Assembly (NCBI GenBank): GCA_027468165.1
Contig: GCA_027468165.1_3951.1
Length of the DNA: 64,000 bases
Origin: a phage
Direction: 5' to 3' (one strand)
The notes beneath the pieces are model-generated. The model ran no database searches, had not been told where the DNA came from, and worked only from the letters and a program-made list of their open reading frames with translations. Positions 63,598-64,000 of this stretch are shown here, piece by piece. The first letter of the stretch is position 1, and each line of letters opens with the position of its first letter. The position numbers and the translations under genes were made by a program.

Positions 63598-64000
63598 ATG
63601 GCTATCAATAAACGCGAATTATCAATTTTAAAAGCACGTTTGACCGTTAACCGGATTAATGTTATTACGTCATCAGCACCAGACGAGACACTGCAAAACA
63701 TTATTGGGAAGATTCAAAGTGTTATCTTAGACGTTGAAAGCGTAAAAAACTCACTGACTGACGTTGCAGCAGGTATCACCTTAAACGGTGCACAATATGA
63801 AATGGCTGACATGTTAGGCAAATCTAAGGTAATGAATAAAGAGCTTGATTTGAAAATGTTCAGATTCGCCGTAAAAGTATGGTTATCCGTCGATTATGAC
63901 GCAAATTTTGCAATCGCTGACTTTTTTGCAACATGGTTACAACGTAATTTGACAAATCACGATTTTCGTGATATCTGCGATGCAATTTATGCAGAACTTT
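63598..64000 (+). CDS. Cassette protein F (hypothetical; 3' end beyond the window)
   Basis: ATG at the conserved leader; frame open to the window end (MAINKRELSILKARL...). Confidence 0.4.
   Translation, partial: MAINKRELSILKARLTVNRINVITSSAPDETLQNIIGKIQSVILDVESVKNSLTDVAAGITLNGAQYEMADMLGKSKVMNKELDLKMFRFAVKVWLSVDYDANFAIADFFATWLQRNLTNHDFRDICDAIYAEL

Overview
This window looks like a 64 kb slice of a virulent contractile-tailed dsDNA phage genome, about 39% GC by eye, with an architecture reminiscent of Felix O1-like myoviruses of enterobacteria (inference from gene content, not a database hit). All calls rest on reading motifs and synteny in the supplied translations; no searches were run. Layout: (1) 1-19.8 kb, plus strand: a morphogenesis block from a 5'-truncated prohead protease/scaffold through capsid, sheath, tube, tape measure and baseplate to two tail fibers with histidine-rich HxH repeats. 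(2) 19.8-29.3 kb, minus strand: thymidylate synthase, dihydrofolate reductase, an HTH regulator, small secreted and zinc-ribbon proteins, an ATP-dependent DNA ligase and a family A DNA polymerase. (3) 29.6-60.9 kb, plus strand: a replication and nucleotide-metabolism block (primase-helicase, SSB-like protein, FEN exonuclease, aerobic and anaerobic ribonucleotide reductases, a Prs-like/NadV-like pair, rIIA/rIIB-like genes, a lytic transglycosylase and an overlapping spanin pair). (4) 60.9-64 kb: a repeat-rich region and an array of small ORFs. The most interesting candidates are: a group I intron carrying an HNH endonuclease that splits the DNA polymerase gene; a tandem A-B-A'-B' array of four unknown-function paralogs directly upstream of the Prs-like/NadV-like pair (possible NARP1-type NAD+ reconstitution module); and a cassette-like array of small ORFs each preceded by a near-identical hairpin-plus-leader element. 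No tRNA, rRNA or CRISPR array was recognised.
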